NCBI GenBank assembly: GCA_964016885.1
Contig: OZ024741.1
Location: forward strand, 221,526,001 to 221,590,000
Origin: Eledone cirrhosa
Lineage: Eukaryota
Direction: 5' to 3'
Length of the DNA stretch: 64,000 bases
A model generated the notes under the pieces. That model was given only the letters and a program-made list of their open reading frames with translations. It did not search any database and was not told the DNA's origin. Each line of letters starts with the position of its first letter. Position 1 is the stretch's first letter. Positions 1 through 12,885 of this stretch are shown in pieces. Made by a program: the position numbers and the translations under genes.

Positions 1-166
1 TTTTGATAAAAATGGGATGACAGCAAAGAGAAAAATAAGGATAGTTTTGGAATATTTGTTGATAGAAATGTATGTTGTTGGTATTGTTTTGGGAGGGGAG
101 GTGGGGCTCATATTTACTTCCCTACATGTAAACATACATACCACCCATATACATATATATATATAT

Positions 167-223
<57 letters not shown>

Positions 224-234
224 ATGAAGGAAAT

Positions 235-411
235 GTGGTAAGGAACCAGGTGGACCATAACGCACCAAAGTACTCAATACTTAGGGTAGTAGAGTGGGTA
301 ATAGGAACAAGTAAGACCCCGACGGCTGAGCTCAAGCCGTTTCAACGGCTAATTCAGTCCAGAATTAGCCGTCGAAACGGCTTGAGCTCAGCCGTCGGGG
401 TCTTACTTGTT

Positions 412-416
<5 letters not shown>
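235..416 (-). mobile_element. Fold-back element, family A (tail 235-300; inverted arms ~301-355 and ~362-416), PLE pLTR-like
   Basis: Near-perfect inverted repeat ataggaacaagtaagacccc.../...ggggtcttacttgttcctat between TA tracts; related copies at 8357, 12205, 19411 and 34554. Confidence 0.75.
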
Positions 417-507
<91 letters not shown>

Positions 508-725
508 TATAAAATAATAATAATGAAATATTGTGTAAAGTGTTCAGGTGCACTACAACTCATCAAAAAGTGTATGTATAGTACATAGGGTAATGTACAA
601 ACGTCAGGAAAATGAACAGTGCATGAGTCATGATACACACATGTGTGCATGTGTATGGAAGGGGTACATCAGATGTAGTTTTGGCGTATTTCGGGAAGCA
701 TGAGTGTCTTAAAGGATGCAGTGTC

Positions 726-2075
726 TCAGCAGCTAACAACTGACGCAGGCAGTTTGTTCCATGCTTCAGCAACTCTGAGTGTGAAAAAATGTTTACGAAA
801 GTCATGGGAGCTGTGCTGTTTTCTGATTTTGTAGGCATGTCCACGTGTGTTAGACACATGAAGATCAAAAAGGTGCTCAGAGTTGTTGTTGGCGAGATGG
901 TTAATAACTTTGTGGGTATTCACCAAGTCCATTGCCAGACGTCGGAGCTTCAATGAATCCATGCCCAGGGAAGCAAGGCGTTCAGAGTATGGTAGGTGTC
1001 TGATGGAGGGTATGCGCTTGGTTGTACATCTCTGAACAGTTTCCAGGAGGTCAATGTTCTGAGCAAGATAGGGGTTCCAGATAGATGATGTGAATTCCAA
1101 GTGTGGTCGTACCATAGCTGTATACAGTTTTAAATAGATGGCTGGAGAGCGGCTAACAAAGGTCTTGCTGAGTGATACCAAGACACCCTCGGCCTTCTTG
1201 ACAATCTTAGAGAGATGCTTTGTCCAACGCAAATCGCTGCTGACAGTAATGCCCAGGTCACATTCACAAGAGGACTTCTTGATATCGGTGTTGTGGAGGG
1301 AGTATGTGGACGCTGGATTTTTCCTCCCAAAATGCATGGTGGTACACTTGTCCACAGCCAGCTTCAGTTGCCAGTCTGTGATCCATTGCTGCATTGTGTC
1401 CAGGTCTGATTGTAGGAAAGAGTTGTAGATTTCGGGATCAGTCCTTTTGATTTCAAGGTACAGCTTGATGTCATCTGCATATTTCAGTACCGTGGTATTC
1501 TGTAAGTTGGCATCTATGTCATTAATATATGCCACAAACAAAAGGGGACCAAGAACAGATCCCTGTGGTACACTAGATGACATCTCATATGGTGAAGAAT
1601 GCTGTCCTAGAACCGTGACTACCTCTTTTCGGCTGAGAATGAAGGATTTCAACCAGTCGAAAAGATCATCCTTCACACCCATTGCAGAGAGTTTTGCCAT
1701 AAGTCTTTTGTGTGGCACAGAATTAAAAGCCTTAACAAAGTCAAGGTAAACAACATCCACCCATGAGCCGCTGTCAGTGATCCGAGTGATCTCTTCAAGG
1801 AACTCGATAAGCTGATCACAGCAGCTGGAGTTAGGGATAAATCCAAACTGTGAGGGCTGGATGAGGCTGTGAGAGCTCCAGAAGTTCCAAAGTGTTTCTC
1901 TGACACAGGATTCCATCAGTTTGGCCATACAGCTAGTACGACTGACTGGACGATAGTTGACAAGTGACATGCGGTTGCCCTTTTTGAACAGGGGAATGAC
2001 ACTGGCAGTTTTCCACTGCTCCGGAGTAGCATCATTGTTGAGACAGTATTGAAAGAAGAAAGAAAGCTGGCGCAA
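726..2075 (-). pseudogene. LINE ORF2 reverse transcriptase segment
   Basis: 449-aa ORF with QFGF, YLDF.KAF, QGSVLGP and YADD; separated from the upstream ORF2 part by stops/frameshifts. Confidence 0.92.
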
Positions 2076-2513
2076 AAGGAAATACCCACCATGTTTGAGA
2101 AGCAGGTATATAACACCATCAAGACCAGGGGAGGCATAGTTGCGCTTATTCTTAAGGTGACGTCACAACATTGCAGGTGTAAATTCCATAGTTGTTATGG
2201 AATTTGATGTTAGAGATGGTGGAGATGGTACATTCTGGTTTTCAACAGTAAAAATACTTGGATAGCACTCAGCAATGAGTTCTGTGCATTCTTTGGGATC
2301 GTCAGTGATCTGGCTTGTGTGGGGATTGTGAAGAGGACCAACTGGAGAGTGAGATCTCTGCTTTGAATGAACATATTTCCAGAACACCTTACTGTCAGGA
2401 TTGGTTGCTATGCACTGTTCAAATTCAAGCACTGCCTTCTTTGTCACTTGCTTGAGATGGTTAGAAGATTTATTCCGCTTTTTTCTGTTGGCATCTGATT
2501 TATGCAGTTTATA

Positions 2514-3431
2514 TTACCTTTCAGCGTTCCAACGTTCTTTCCTGGCAAGTCGGACTGCTGAAGTTTCCCAAATTGCACTTTTGGGGTGGTTTTTTTTCTG
2601 CTTACGTGGCACCGATGCTGCACACGCTATCCATATTGAGTCCAGGATGCTCTGGAGTATAGTGTTCACATCTCCAGAGTTATACATCTCATGCCAGTTT
2701 GGGCACTGTAGCTCAGTGCAGTACAAGTTCCAATCTGCTTTCTTCCAATCAAAGCAAGCAGATTGGAGATGGCTCTGGTTTTTGTTGCTACCCGCAAGAG
2801 CCAGATTGGCAATGATCATAGCATGATCAGAGTCGCCTAGAGGTTCCTCAGTAGTACAACTGATAACCACTTCAGGAGTAGTGGTGAAGATCAGGTCCAA
2901 AGTGTTGTCACCTCTTGTTGGAGAGGTGACTACTTGTGACCAGTTTGAGTCCAGCACTAGTTCAAGGAAATCGTTTGCACCTTGTGGCCAACGAAAGGTT
3001 TCCCAATCGATCTCAGGATGATTGAAGTCACCTGCAATAAACACATAAGTGGCTGTTTTCTTGGCAGCAACTCTGAGGATATCACAAAGCTGTGTGTCCT
3101 GATGGTAGTTTGGGAGGCGATAAACAACATCAAGCAGAAGTGTTGACATGGTCATATGTATATCACAAAAAAAAACTTCTTGTGATTCGTTCAAATCAAC
3201 ACAAGGATTTACTGAAAGGTTTGAACGAACGTAGACCATCACACCACCACCACGGCGATTAATGCGGTCCTTGTGGAAAAGGTTGTACCCAGTAATGCTG
3301 AAAACCCCATCACAGAGTAAGGAATGTGCCCATGTTTCCGTGACTGTGATGAAGTCAGGGTCGATGCTTCTGACGTAGGAGTCAAACAGATGTATTTTGT
3401 TGCATAAACTGCGAGCATTTAAGGACAACAA
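2514..3431 (-). pseudogene. LINE ORF2 apurinic-like endonuclease segment
   Basis: 305-aa ORF with NARS, TETW, GGGV, GDFN, LDL and SDH motifs. Confidence 0.92.
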
Positions 3432-3975
3432 TTTGTACCCTGCTTGCAGTTTATGATGGTGTGTAGAGGATGGCAGATTGTTCTGGTTTAGTTTCCCAGA
3501 GTTGTTGCAGTTTTTTCATTGGCAGTTATTGTGGCACTCAGACCAGCTGGTATCTCTCTTCCACGTTTCACCATATATATATATACATACACATCTATGA
3601 TACATACACATATCCACACATATATGCACACATATATATAGATATATATATATATATATATATTTACACACATACATGCATATATACATACACATACATG
3701 TATACACATACCTGTACACCTACAGACATACATACATATACATATACATACATACACATCTACACACACATCTACTTAAGTATTTAAGCTCACATATACA
3801 TTCTCCAGGAAAGTTAACCAGGAATCTTTAAATATCTCCCCACCAAAGTTAACAAAGAACTTACTAGATCTACAAAACCAAATTGCAAAATTATGATATT
3901 ATAAAATTAAATTAAAGTGAAGTCGTTCTTTTCCTTTTAAATATACCTAACTGTACCAAGGATTTCACACATTTT

Positions 3976-4056
<81 letters not shown>

Positions 4057-4143
4057 AGTTTGAATGTTTGGTAAAATGGCACTAAGTGTAAAGATAGTAA
4101 TTGTAAGATGGAAATATTTGATAAGACATCAAGAGAAAATAAA

Positions 4144-4460
4144 CTCCCCCTCACCTCCCCTCCCTGCTCTTCCTCCTCCTCTCCTTCCCCTTCCTCCTCC
4201 TCTCTCCCACTTTCTCTCCTCCTCTCCCTTGTCTTTCTCCTCCTCCTCTTCTTCCTCCTCTCCTCCCCTCCCTGTTCCTACTCCTCCTCTCCCTCCTTTT
4301 CTTCCTATCTCTCCTCCTCTCCCTCCTCTTCTTCCTGTTCTTCCTCCTCCTCTTCCTCCTCTCTCTACTCTCTCTCCTCCTCTCCCTCGCCTCCTCCTCC
4401 TCCTCTCCTCCCCTCCCAGCTCCTCCTCCTCCTCTCCCTCCTCTCCCTGCTCTTCTGCTT
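4144..4460. repeat. Polypyrimidine (CCT/CT) low-complexity tract
   Basis: Seen directly. Confidence 0.9.
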
Positions 4461-4883
4461 CTCAACACTTTCAGAACATTCTATAGCTTCCATGCAACAA
4501 TAGTTTTGTTTAAGCCTTGCATCAATCTGAATCTGATTACAGAATTGCTAAAGCAAAGCTGTAGGAGAAATGAGATTTCTGTCATGCAAAATCAGTTAAA
4601 AGACAAAAGTATAGCAAGATTATTTGTATTAAGCAGTTCGAAGCCTTGGAAGAAGCAATTCATGTCTGGAGAAGAAACAACAAGAGTATAAAAAATAAGA
4701 GAGAGAGAGAGAAAAAAAACTCTTTGGCTCAGATGAATCTTTCAAAGCTAGCTAAAGTCTGTTTCTGATCTCTGCTGAAGTGAAAATCAGATCAGTAGAT
4801 CAGGAAGGTCAGAGTTTTAAGATATTTAAAGACTAGTTTTATGTTATACTAAATATTAAGTATTAAATCAGTGGTTCAAATAT

Positions 4884-5100
4884 TGGTTTCTTATATAGGC
4901 ACAAAGCCAGCAATTTTGGGGGAGGGGAAAGTCGATTAAATCAACCCCAGTGCATGACTGGTACTTTATTTTATTGACCCCGTAATGATGAAAGGCAAAG
5001 TTAACCTCGGCGGGATTTGAACTCAGATCATAAAGGGCCGTAACTCTATGTTGCAAAGCATGGTGTCTGACCCTCTACTGATACTGCCAATCGACCGCCT
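4884..5100 (-). mobile_element. tRNA-derived SINE (family 1)
   Basis: Reverse complement shows A-box TGGCAGTATCAG and B-box GAGTTCAAATCCC; flanked by direct repeat tcagtggttcaaatatt (putative TSD, 4868-4884 and 5101-5117). Confidence 0.85.
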
Positions 5101-5157
5101 TCAGTGGTTCAAATATTAGAAATTGAAATAATATCAAAAAGTAGAGTGTGACGAAGA

Positions 5158-5550
5158 TCATCATCATCGTCATCAGCGTTTTACATCCATTTTTAATGCT
5201 AGCATGGGTTAGACGGGTTGTCCTGTTGTGGGCAGTGTCCGGTCGGCTGACCTTTTCTTGCTCATACGGGAACTGATTCTGGCTTGATTTCTACAGATGG
5301 ATGCCCTTCCTAACACCAACCTCATTTACAGTGAGTGCAGGGTGCTTTTTTCCATGGCCCCTACACATCCACTTTACAGTGTGGGCTGGGTGCTTTTTTG
5401 CTGTGGCACCCCCACGACCTCTTTGCAGTGGGAGGGGGTGGGGCCACATTGTCTATATGCTTCAGCTTCGGCTTGTACCCGTGGGGGTTCGGGTCTTCTG
5501 TATTACTGCGTGACGCCAGAGGTCACGGTCATGTGTCATCGCCCTTGAGA
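5158..5550 (-). mobile_element. 5'-truncated RTE LINE 3' end with (GAT)n tail
   Basis: Closely matches 8731-9105, the 3' end of the RTE element. Confidence 0.8.
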
Positions 5551-5708
5551 AGATAACTATAGTTATAATCATCATCATCGACATCATCGACATCATCAGT
5601 TTTACATCATCATCATCGTCATCATCTTCCTCCTCTTCATCATCATCATTTTTACATCATCGTCATCATCATCATCATCATCGTTGTCATTATCATCACC
5701 ATCATCAT

Positions 5709-5900
5709 AGGGCGGTGGATTTGCAGTATCGGTAGAGGGTCGGACGCCATGCTTTGACGTATAGAGTTATGGCCCTTGCCATTCTGAGTTCAAATCCCGC
5801 CGAGGTTAACTTTGCCTTTCATCCTTACGGGGTCGATAAAATAAAGTACCAGTAATGCACTGGGTAATTGCTGGCGTTGTGCCTAAAGTAGAAACAATTA
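5709..5900 (+). mobile_element. tRNA-derived SINE (family 1)
   Basis: gcagtatcggtagag...gagttcaaatcccgccgaggttaactttgcc...aataaagtaccag. Confidence 0.85.
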
Positions 5901-6218
5901 TCATCTCCATCATCGTCATCATCATCATCATCATCATCATCGTTGTCATTATCATCACCATCATCTCCATCATCATCATTATTATCATCATCATCACTAT
6001 CCTCACCATCATAGTGATCATCGTTATTCTCTTCCTCCTCCTCATTATCATCATCGTCATCCCCCCCCCCCCTCCACCTCCATGTTATCAAATGTCATCA
6101 TCATCATCCTCATCATTTTTAAATCACCATTGTCATCATCATTGTTGTCGTTGTCATAACCATCATCCTCATTTTTATATCTGCTTTCAATGATCCACTA
6201 CCTTCCGGTACACTTCAC

Positions 6219-6357
6219 ACCTCTCATCCTCTTCTCAAAAAACATAGGTAAACCTCTCATCCTCTTCTCAAAAAACATAGGTAAACCTCTCATCCTCTTC
6301 TCAAAAAACATAGGTAAACCTCTCATCCTCTTCTCAAAAAACATAGGTAAACCTCTT
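6219..6357. repeat. 33-bp minisatellite, ~4 copies
   Basis: acctctcatcctcttctcaaaaaacataggtaa repeated. Confidence 0.95.
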
Positions 6358-7189
6358 GCTTTCATTTTCCCTTGAGCGCAAACAAGAGCAGCAGCAACAA
6401 ACTCCCCAGCATGGCCACAGCCTGTCGGCTGGAACATGTAATGGAGTAATGCAAACTTCTAGCTTCTTTTCTAGCTATTTGATATTGATCTTTCCAGTCT
6501 CCTTTGGGATCTTTCCAGGGGTCTTTTGGTTGTATGACTTAATCTACAATACAAGAGCTGTTTTGTAAATAGGGTTCTAAATGTGGCACAGCGGAATGAG
6601 TATCCTCCACCTCAAACTTTCTTACACCCTGCCTCTTGGTTCCAGCCGGGGATGGTGAGGGAGACATGCTGCAACAGCCACTCCACTTCATGGGGCTTGC
6701 ATTTGGTGGCATTTGGTGGCAGCCAACTTTGCTCTGATAGCATTAAGTAGGGATGTGGTCCAGGGACCAGGGCCTCCAGGACCCCTTTGGGGTTCGAAGC
6801 AGGCAAAGATTTTTCTCAAAATGGATGTTGCACGGTTGCTGTGAGGCCTTCTTAGCACATGGGCCCTAGAACAAAATACCAGCTGGAACCCCCCCCCCCC
6901 CCTCTTGTAGACCCTGCCAGAGACCAAGAACACTCAAAGTCTCCACTGCTACAGGCTCAACCACAAACCTATCAGAGAGTAGCCAGTACTTGCACAGTTT
7001 GCCCTCTTCAGTCTGATGGGCAGCGAAGTCTTGACTGGTAACCAAACACTCAAGATTGCCTATGACTGTTTGGTACTTGCTCCCACCACAGACCTCCTCA
7101 GTGAACCTAATTAGGTTCTCTCATAGAAACCTTCAATTGTCCTTTATGTCATATGTATCTATCTCCTCTTCCTTCTTGTCCTACACATC

Positions 7190-7968
7190 CCACAGACCCT
7201 CTCTAAACCTATATTAACAGAGCAACCATCACATAAACCCTCTCTAAACCTATATTAACAGAGGAGCAACCATCACATAAACCCTCTCTAAACCTATATT
7301 TAACAGAGCAGACATCACATACAACCCTCTCTAAACCTATATTTAACAGAGCAGACATTACATAAAACCCTCTCTAAACCTATATTTAACATAGCAGCCA
7401 TCACACAGACCCTCTCTAAACCTATATTTAACATAGCAGCCATCCCAGGAGACCCTCTCTAAACCTATATTTAACATAGCAACCATAACACAGACCCTCT
7501 CTAAACCTATATTTAACAGAGCAACCATCATATAAACCCTCTCTAAACCTATATTTAACATAGCAGCCATCACACAGGCGCTCTCTAAACCTATATTTAA
7601 CATAGCAACCATCACACAGACCCTCTCTAAACCTATATTTAACAGAGCAACCATAACATAAACCCTCTCTAAACCTATATTTAACAGAGCAGCCATCACA
7701 TAAACCCTCTCTAAACCTATATTTAACATAGCAGACATCACAGACTCTCTCTAAACCTATATTTAACATAGCAACCATAAGATAGACCCTCTCTAAACTT
7801 ATATTTAACATAGCAGCCATCACAAACCCTCTCTAAACCTATATTTAATATAGCAGCTATCACACAGACCTTCTCTAAACCTATATTTAATATAGCAGCC
7901 ATCACACAGACCCTCTCTAAACCTATATTTAACATAGCAGCCATCACAAACCCCCTCTAAACCTATTT
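7190..7968. repeat. ~42-bp minisatellite, ~19 copies
   Basis: accctctctaaacctatatttaacatagcagccatcacacag repeated. Confidence 0.95.
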
Positions 7969-8356
7969 AGAAGAAGGTCATAAAGAAGATATTGATATAG
8001 ATGGATGTTATGAATGTTAGTATTTGTTTGTGTATTGTATCAGAGAAGTCACTGTTGAAGCAGTCCAAGGGAATGTTGTGGCAAATATCATCATAAGACG
8101 TTACAACGTTCTTTGATAAATAATTTATTTACAAAGATGAGAAGTTGAGTTAGCAGTGAAGACATGTCATAAGAAATGAAACAAAACAAATTAAGATGCT
8201 GTAAAAGAATACGCAGACCGATGGCTGAAGTTAGAAGCCACAGCCGCGGTAATTGTTCGATAGCTACATTTTGGAATGTTTGTTGAGGAACAAAAATCAA
8301 GAGATCTTTAACTTCCGGTGCCGAGATTCAAAGAGAGAGATTTTTGAAGAGAAGCG

Positions 8357-8551
8357 GGAATTTTTCGAGACCCCAACAGCAGAGCTCAAGACGTTTCGAT
8401 GGCTATTTCTGGACTCAGTCCAGAAATAGCCGTTAAAACGGCTTGAGCTCTGCTGTCGGGGTCTCGAACATTTTCCTATTACCCACTCTACTACCCTAAG
8501 TATTGAATACTCTGGTGCGTTATCATCCACCTGGTTCTTTACCACACTTCC
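8357..8551 (+). mobile_element. Fold-back element, family A
   Basis: Arms ~8357-8415 and ~8417-8477, then tail 8478-8551 = reverse complement of 235-300, ending in (TA)n. Confidence 0.75.
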
Positions 8552-8730
8552 ATATATATATGTGTGTGTGTGTGTGTATAAATATATGGATGATAAGAAT
8601 CGATCTTATAACATCTTTTCTCTCAGATCTTCTTAATCTATTGCGCCAGTAGGATTAGTACAAACACACATAATGTGGATACATTTGTCTCAACAATACC
8701 TTACTCTTGCATTTATATATATATAAATAT

Positions 8731-10203
8731 CATCATCATCATCGTCATCACCGTTTTACGTCCGTTCTTCCACGCTAGCATGGGTTAGACGAGTTGTCCT
8801 ATTGTGGGCAGTAGCCGGTCGACTGACCATGTCTTGCTCATACAGGAACTGATTCTGGCTTGATTTCTACAGCTGGATGCCCTTCCTAAGACCAACCACA
8901 TTTACAGTGGTGCCTACACATCCACTTTACAGTGTGGGCTGGGTGCTTTTTTGCTGTGGCACCTCCATGACCCCTTTGCAGTGGGAAGGGGTGGGAGCAT
9001 ATTGTATATATGCTTCAGCTTCAGCTTGTACCCGTGGGGGGTTCGAGTCTTCTGTATTACTGTGTGATGCCAGAGGTCACGGTCATGTGTCATCACCTTT
9101 GAGAGGTGTAATTGGATAAGGTCGGCTTTTATCACCTCATCCCAGGTCTTCTTGGGTCTCCCCACTCCATGGCTTCCATCGACTTCTAGTGCTCTGCACC
9201 TTTTTATGCAGCTGTCATCCTTCATACGCATCACATGTCCATACCAACGCAACCTCCTCTCCTGCACACAGCATTTGATTCCTCTTATGCTCAGTCTCTC
9301 TCTCAATTCGTTTATGCTTTGTTGTTTGCATATATTACTATTATACATCCATCGGAGCATGCAGGCTTCATTTCTTTCTAATCTACGCAAGTCTTCTACA
9401 AACAGTGCCCAGGTCTCACTACCATGTAACATTGCTGTTTGTATACATGCATCATACAGTCTGCCTTTCATTTTGAGGGAAAAGCCTTTTGCAGCTAGCA
9501 GTGGCAGTAGCTCTCTGAACTTCTTCCAACCCGTTCTTACCCTAGTTATTGTACTTTCCGAACACCCACCTCCACTGCTAATTCAGTCACCTAGGTAGCA
9601 GAAGCTGTCTACTGTTTCTACAGAGCTCTCCCAGAGTTTGGTGGTGTTTGTTTCCTGTGGCTGTTTGCTGCTTGCTGTCCCAGCGTGGCTGCTACATATG
9701 AAGCCTACATTCTTAATTAAGCTTGCTGAGATCCCACTACATCTCTAGTGTACCCATTGTTTGCATTTGGGGCAGAGGATGGAGTTCCTACCTACACCTT
9801 TCCTGCATACTGAACAAGGCCATTTTCCTGAGGGGATCTGGGTTCTATTTTCTTGTCTACTTACAAGGACCTTAGTCTTTGTCAGGTTGACTTTGAGACC
9901 CTTTCTTTCTAGTCTCTGCTTCCATGTTTGGAATTTCTTCTCTAGTTCTACCATAGATTCAGCTATAAGTGCAAGGTCATCTGCATACAGGAGTTCCCAT
10001 GGGCATCTGGTCTTAAACTCCTCCGTTATTGCCTGCAAAACTATGATGAACAGGAGAGAGCTAAGAACAGAGCCCTGGTGGACACCAACCTGTATGCTAA
10101 ATTCCTCGCTATAGTCATTGCTAATCCTAACTTTGCTGACTAATCCCCTATACATGGCTTGTACAGCTTTCACAAGCCATTCATCTACTCCTAGTTTTCT
10201 AAG
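8731..10203 (-). mobile_element. RTE-clade LINE, 5'-truncated
   Basis: GVHQGSVLS, LLYADDL, Cys cluster CSVC...CPKCKQWVH (9745-10173); GSETW, RRLRWYGHV, GRPKKTW (8914-9471); (GAT)n tail. Confidence 0.92.
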
Positions 10204-10227
10204 AGCCCACCAGATTATAGCAGATTA

Positions 10228-10580
10228 TAGTGCGTGAACGACCGAGCATGGATGTGTTGAGAGAGAAACTGTGTCTGAGAGGGATAAATTGTAATGTGCG
10301 GGAGAGGAGACTGTGATGGTTTGGACATGTGATGCACATGGAGGATGACTGCTGGGTAAAGAAGTGCCAAGAAATGCCAGTTGAAGGAAATGCAGTAGAG
10401 GAAGACCACAAAAAACATGGGCAGAGGTGGTGAGAGCAGACCTCAGATCGCTGAAGCTCACGGTGGAGATGACGAAGGACCATGACAAGTGGAGAGATGC
10501 TGTGCTGAATAGGACCCATCCCACCCTTGCAAGCAGGGAAAAGCGGATGTAAAATGATGATGATGATAATGATGATGATA
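10228..10580 (+). mobile_element. RTE LINE 3' fragment (second family)
   Basis: Degenerate WFGHV..MEDDCWVKKC...KTWAEVV; matches 60845-61190; (GAT)n tail. Confidence 0.85.
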
Positions 10581-10730
10581 TATACATGCATTTATATATA
10601 TATAATTGGTGTGGGATGCTTAAAACATCCGTATGCAGTAGGTCATTTGAGCACTTGATGCTCTTACAGAGCAGAGTATAATATCACATAAGAAACGGAG
10701 AATCAGTGGTGTGACGAATTAAAATTTATT

Positions 10731-10827
10731 AGACATATTACAATTGTTTCTCTGGTGACCAGCTTGAGGCATGATCGATGCAATGATCGAACCTGACTCT
10801 GAAATCGCAAGATCCTCAGATACGTCT
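10731..10827 (-). ncRNA. Type I hammerhead ribozyme (predicted)
   Basis: Reverse complement: agacgtat CTGAGGA TCTTGCGA...TCACCAGA GAAA CAATTG TA atatgtct; 8-bp stem I, canonical core, palindromic stem III. Confidence 0.75.
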
Positions 10828-10867
10828 CAATCTTTCGAATCTTTGGAAACTCTGCTTCGAACGATTG

Positions 10868-10964
10868 AGACATATCTGAGGATCTTGCGATTTCAGAGTC
10901 AGGTTCGATCATTGCATCGATTGTGCCTCAAGCTGGCTGCCAGAGAAATGATTGTAATATGTCT
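10868..10964 (+). ncRNA. Type I hammerhead ribozyme (predicted)
   Basis: agacatat CTGAGGA TCTTGC...GCCAGA GAAA TGATTG TA atatgtct. Confidence 0.7.
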
Positions 10965-11007
10965 AATAAATTTTAATTCGTTGCACCACTGATTCTCCGT
11001 TTCTTAT

Positions 11008-11054
<47 letters not shown>

Positions 11055-11334
11055 GCAAGCCAATGATTGAACTTCTACACAGTAGCTCAACCAGCCAGGT
11101 CTATTAGAAATGGTAAAACTAGAAAGGGCTAAAGAATAACTGTTTACATGGATCATAGGTGTTGTTCTATGTAGTGTCTGTAGCTAGCATCATACAGAAT
11201 TAATATAGGAAGATTGTTAATGTTACATAAACAGGTCTCAAGAGTTACATTGGATCTTAACTCATTGTCTCAGATTTTGAACAAAATATGTTGGAGGTTT
11301 GATATCTTAAATTTAGGAGCACAAAACAAACAAA

Positions 11335-11730
11335 AGTGTCGGACGCCATGCTTTGCAGCAAAGAGTTACGGCCCTTTATGGTTTGAGTTCAAATCCCGCC
11401 GAGGTTAACTTTGCCTTTCATCCTTACGGGGTCGATAAAATGAGTGTACCAGTAATGCACTAGGATAATTGCTGGCCTTGTACCAAAAGTAGAAATAATT
11501 ATCTGGCAGCAAGTGGATTAGCAGTATCGGTAGAGTGTCGAACAACATGCTTTTGTGGTATAGAGTTACGGCCCTTTAAATTCTGAGCTTTAATCCTGCA
11601 GAGGTTAGCTTTGCCTTTCATCCTTACAGGGTTGATAAAATAAAGTACCAGTAATGCACTGGGGTCAATTTAATTGGCTTTCCCCTCACCCAGATTGTCG
11701 GCTTTGTGCCTAGAATCAGAAACCATTGTC
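11335..11730 (+). mobile_element. Two tandem tRNA-derived SINEs (family 1)
   Basis: B-box gagttcaaatcccgcc and the shared body with 5709-5900. Confidence 0.8.
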
Positions 11731-11734
11731 AGGC

Positions 11735-12055
11735 AGCAAGTTAACAAATATGCTGGCAGACAGGAACCACTCCTTGCAATGGTGTAAAGATGGAAGCTTG
11801 CTTGGTATGGTCATGCATCCTACTCACAACTACTTGGCGAAAACCATCCTTCAGAGCATAGTTGGGAGAGGGTGAAGGAGAGGCAGACAAAGAATATCCT
11901 GGTCCAACAACATCAAAGACGAGACTGGTGACAACACTGAGACACTTCTACTCATGATGGAGAATAGAGACTGGTGGTGATGGCTGACTGTGAAAGTATC
12001 TAGCGTGACACACCAATGACTGGCTGCACCAGTTATTACAGGAACGGGATTGATT
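11735..12055 (+). mobile_element. Degenerate RTE-like LINE 3' fragment
   Basis: Encodes WYGH...KTILQ...RQRISWSNNIKD in shifting frames; similar piece at 13790-13935. Confidence 0.6.
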
Positions 12056-12111
12056 GATATATATAGATATATATATTAAACCCATGCTAGCGTGGAAGAT
12101 AGACGTTAAAC

Positions 12112-12144
<33 letters not shown>

Positions 12145-12169
12145 ATATGTGTATGTGTGTGTGTGTATT

Positions 12170-12204
<35 letters not shown>

Positions 12205-12205
<1 letters not shown>

Positions 12206-12360
12206 ACAAAGAAGGTATGGTAAGATATGGTAAGGACCATAATGCACTAGAGTACTTGATACTTAGGGTAGTAGAGTAGGTAATAGGAAAAGAGTCAGGA
12301 CCCTAACAGCTGAGCTCCGGCCATTTTAACAGCTAGGTCCGAACAGTTCAGATCTAGCTG

Positions 12361-12365
<5 letters not shown>
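12205..12365 (-). mobile_element. Family A element, diverged, short second arm
   Basis: Tail agtacttgatacttagggtagtagag plus cagctgagctc arm, between TA tracts. Confidence 0.65.
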
Positions 12366-12441
<76 letters not shown>

Positions 12442-12495
12442 TGTGTTAAAGTTTGCTGGAAACATAGTGGAATATTAAAAATATTAAAATGACCA

Positions 12496-12570
<75 letters not shown>

Positions 12571-12885
12571 AAAGGTAAACAGAAATAACAACACAATAAC
12601 AACACAATTGGTACAGTATATGGAAGGGATATAGGGGGGGGAGGTTGGAGGAAGCGCTTGAGAGTAAAATGGAGCTGGCGGAGAAAAGATTTGAGATTGA
12701 GTATATTGAAGGTACTAGGGTGGGAGGGAAAAATAGACGGGTGAGAAGAAGAAGGTGGTATAAGAAGATTGTAGTAGAGGAAAAGTGGTAGAGAGTCATG
12801 GAATATTTAAATTTAAGAAGCAAAGAAAATTTCAATGATACAAAAGATTTCCTGGTGGAAGTTCAGGTGTACTCCGGGTTGAATA

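Larger units (their letters stand above)
510..3572 (-). mobile_element. CR1/L2-group LINE, 5'-truncated, disrupted ORF2 (AP endonuclease + RT)
   Basis: EN motifs SLNARSL, VTETW, AGDFNHP, LDLIF, SDH (2514-3431); RT motifs YRPVS, PQGSVLGPLLF, YADD and CR1-type C-terminus RGH...FFTLRVAEAWNKLP (726-2075); flanked by (TA)n. Confidence 0.93.
10606..11013 (-). mobile_element. Fold-back element, family B (tail 10606-10680; arms ~10682-10838 and ~10857-11013)
   Basis: ~155-bp inverted arms between TA tracts; relatives at 18136, 18745 and 61192. Confidence 0.8.

Noticed and set aside
5709-5900. tRNA genes
   Set aside because: A/B boxes are present but there is no cloverleaf; dispersed diverged copies with a shared non-tRNA body indicate SINEs
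7970-8350. Unique-looking sequence with an ETS-like acttccgg motif as a promoter or exon
   Set aside because: Single short motif, no recognisable peptide or transcript evidence
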